A stretch of DNA of 64,000 nt from Octopus sinensis (taxonomy: Eukaryota), in assembly GCF_006345805.1 (NCBI RefSeq), contig NC_043005.1:87234001-87298000 (forward strand), given 5' to 3'. The notes under the pieces were generated by a model. The model was not told where the DNA came from. It was given only the letters and a program-made list of their open reading frames with translations, and did no database searches. A program made the position numbers and the translations under genes. Position 1 is the first letter of the stretch. Each line of letters starts with the position of its first letter. This document shows, piece by piece, positions 63,343 through 64,000 of the stretch.

Positions 63343-64000
63343 ACAATTACGAAAGAACCGACATAATATATCTTCTATATATACCACAGGCGAAAAATAA
63401 GATAACGTAAACAACATTTTCTCTTGTGATATATAAATGGTATAAACGTGGGAGACATTGTGTGTTTATTTTCTTTGTGCTTCAAAACCTTGCAGAAAAT
63501 AAATTTGTCAATACTGGATGCAGAATAAAATCGCCTTACGTAAAAGACAACCTGCGTGTTTTCCTGTGTTAATTGTCTTTTGTGTGCGTTGTGTATATTT
63601 CATGTGAATCTTTCTGAAGATGGCGGTCCACAAATATCTATGTTATCCTTATTAACTCAACTCTTTTTCCGGCCTTGAATATACATGCAATTTTTATTTT
63701 GTGTTGTAAGTAAAAAGAACTTTCATAATTGCGTAGTCGTATATGTTCACCATGTTTGTTATAATGAAAATACATTTATTTGTTACCTGCTTCTGAATAA
63801 TACATATGTCACTGCTTGCCTTCCATATATTTCATTCTTTTATAGCCTGCTTCAGTGTAACGGAGCAGCGCTTATTAACTGCTGTTTGCTTCAGCTATTG
63901 TGTATCCTTACGTAGCACTTGGTATCTAACGTATTATGTCAAACATACAAACACACACTCACAAACACAGACCTACAGACACACATACATTCATAGAAAC

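Overview
AT-rich, microsatellite-saturated animal genomic DNA. The SINE and LINE families look like those I recall from octopus (coleoid cephalopod); that assignment is from memory, not a search. I found no intact protein-coding gene, tRNA, rRNA or CRISPR array. Most ORF-track entries are microsatellite translations. The window is a mosaic of repeats: three tRNA-derived SINE families, decayed LINEs (Hero-like, CR1-group, RTE, one RTE ending in three C2H2 fingers), Tc1/mariner relics and MITEs, a piggyBac-like MITE, a non-autonomous Helitron and several tandem arrays. The strongest signal is a dense set of Penelope-like element (PLE) 3' ends, mostly inside (TA)n. About nine form fold-backs, and about eleven type-I hammerhead ribozyme motifs occur in these elements. 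Three hammerheads have an unusually long helix II region. One family shares an A6U core change. In one fold-back the inverted arm starts 4 nt after the predicted cleavage site. Also notable: a decayed, internally duplicated unknown ORF next to a 49-bp array, and a 117-bp satellite built from a MITE end.
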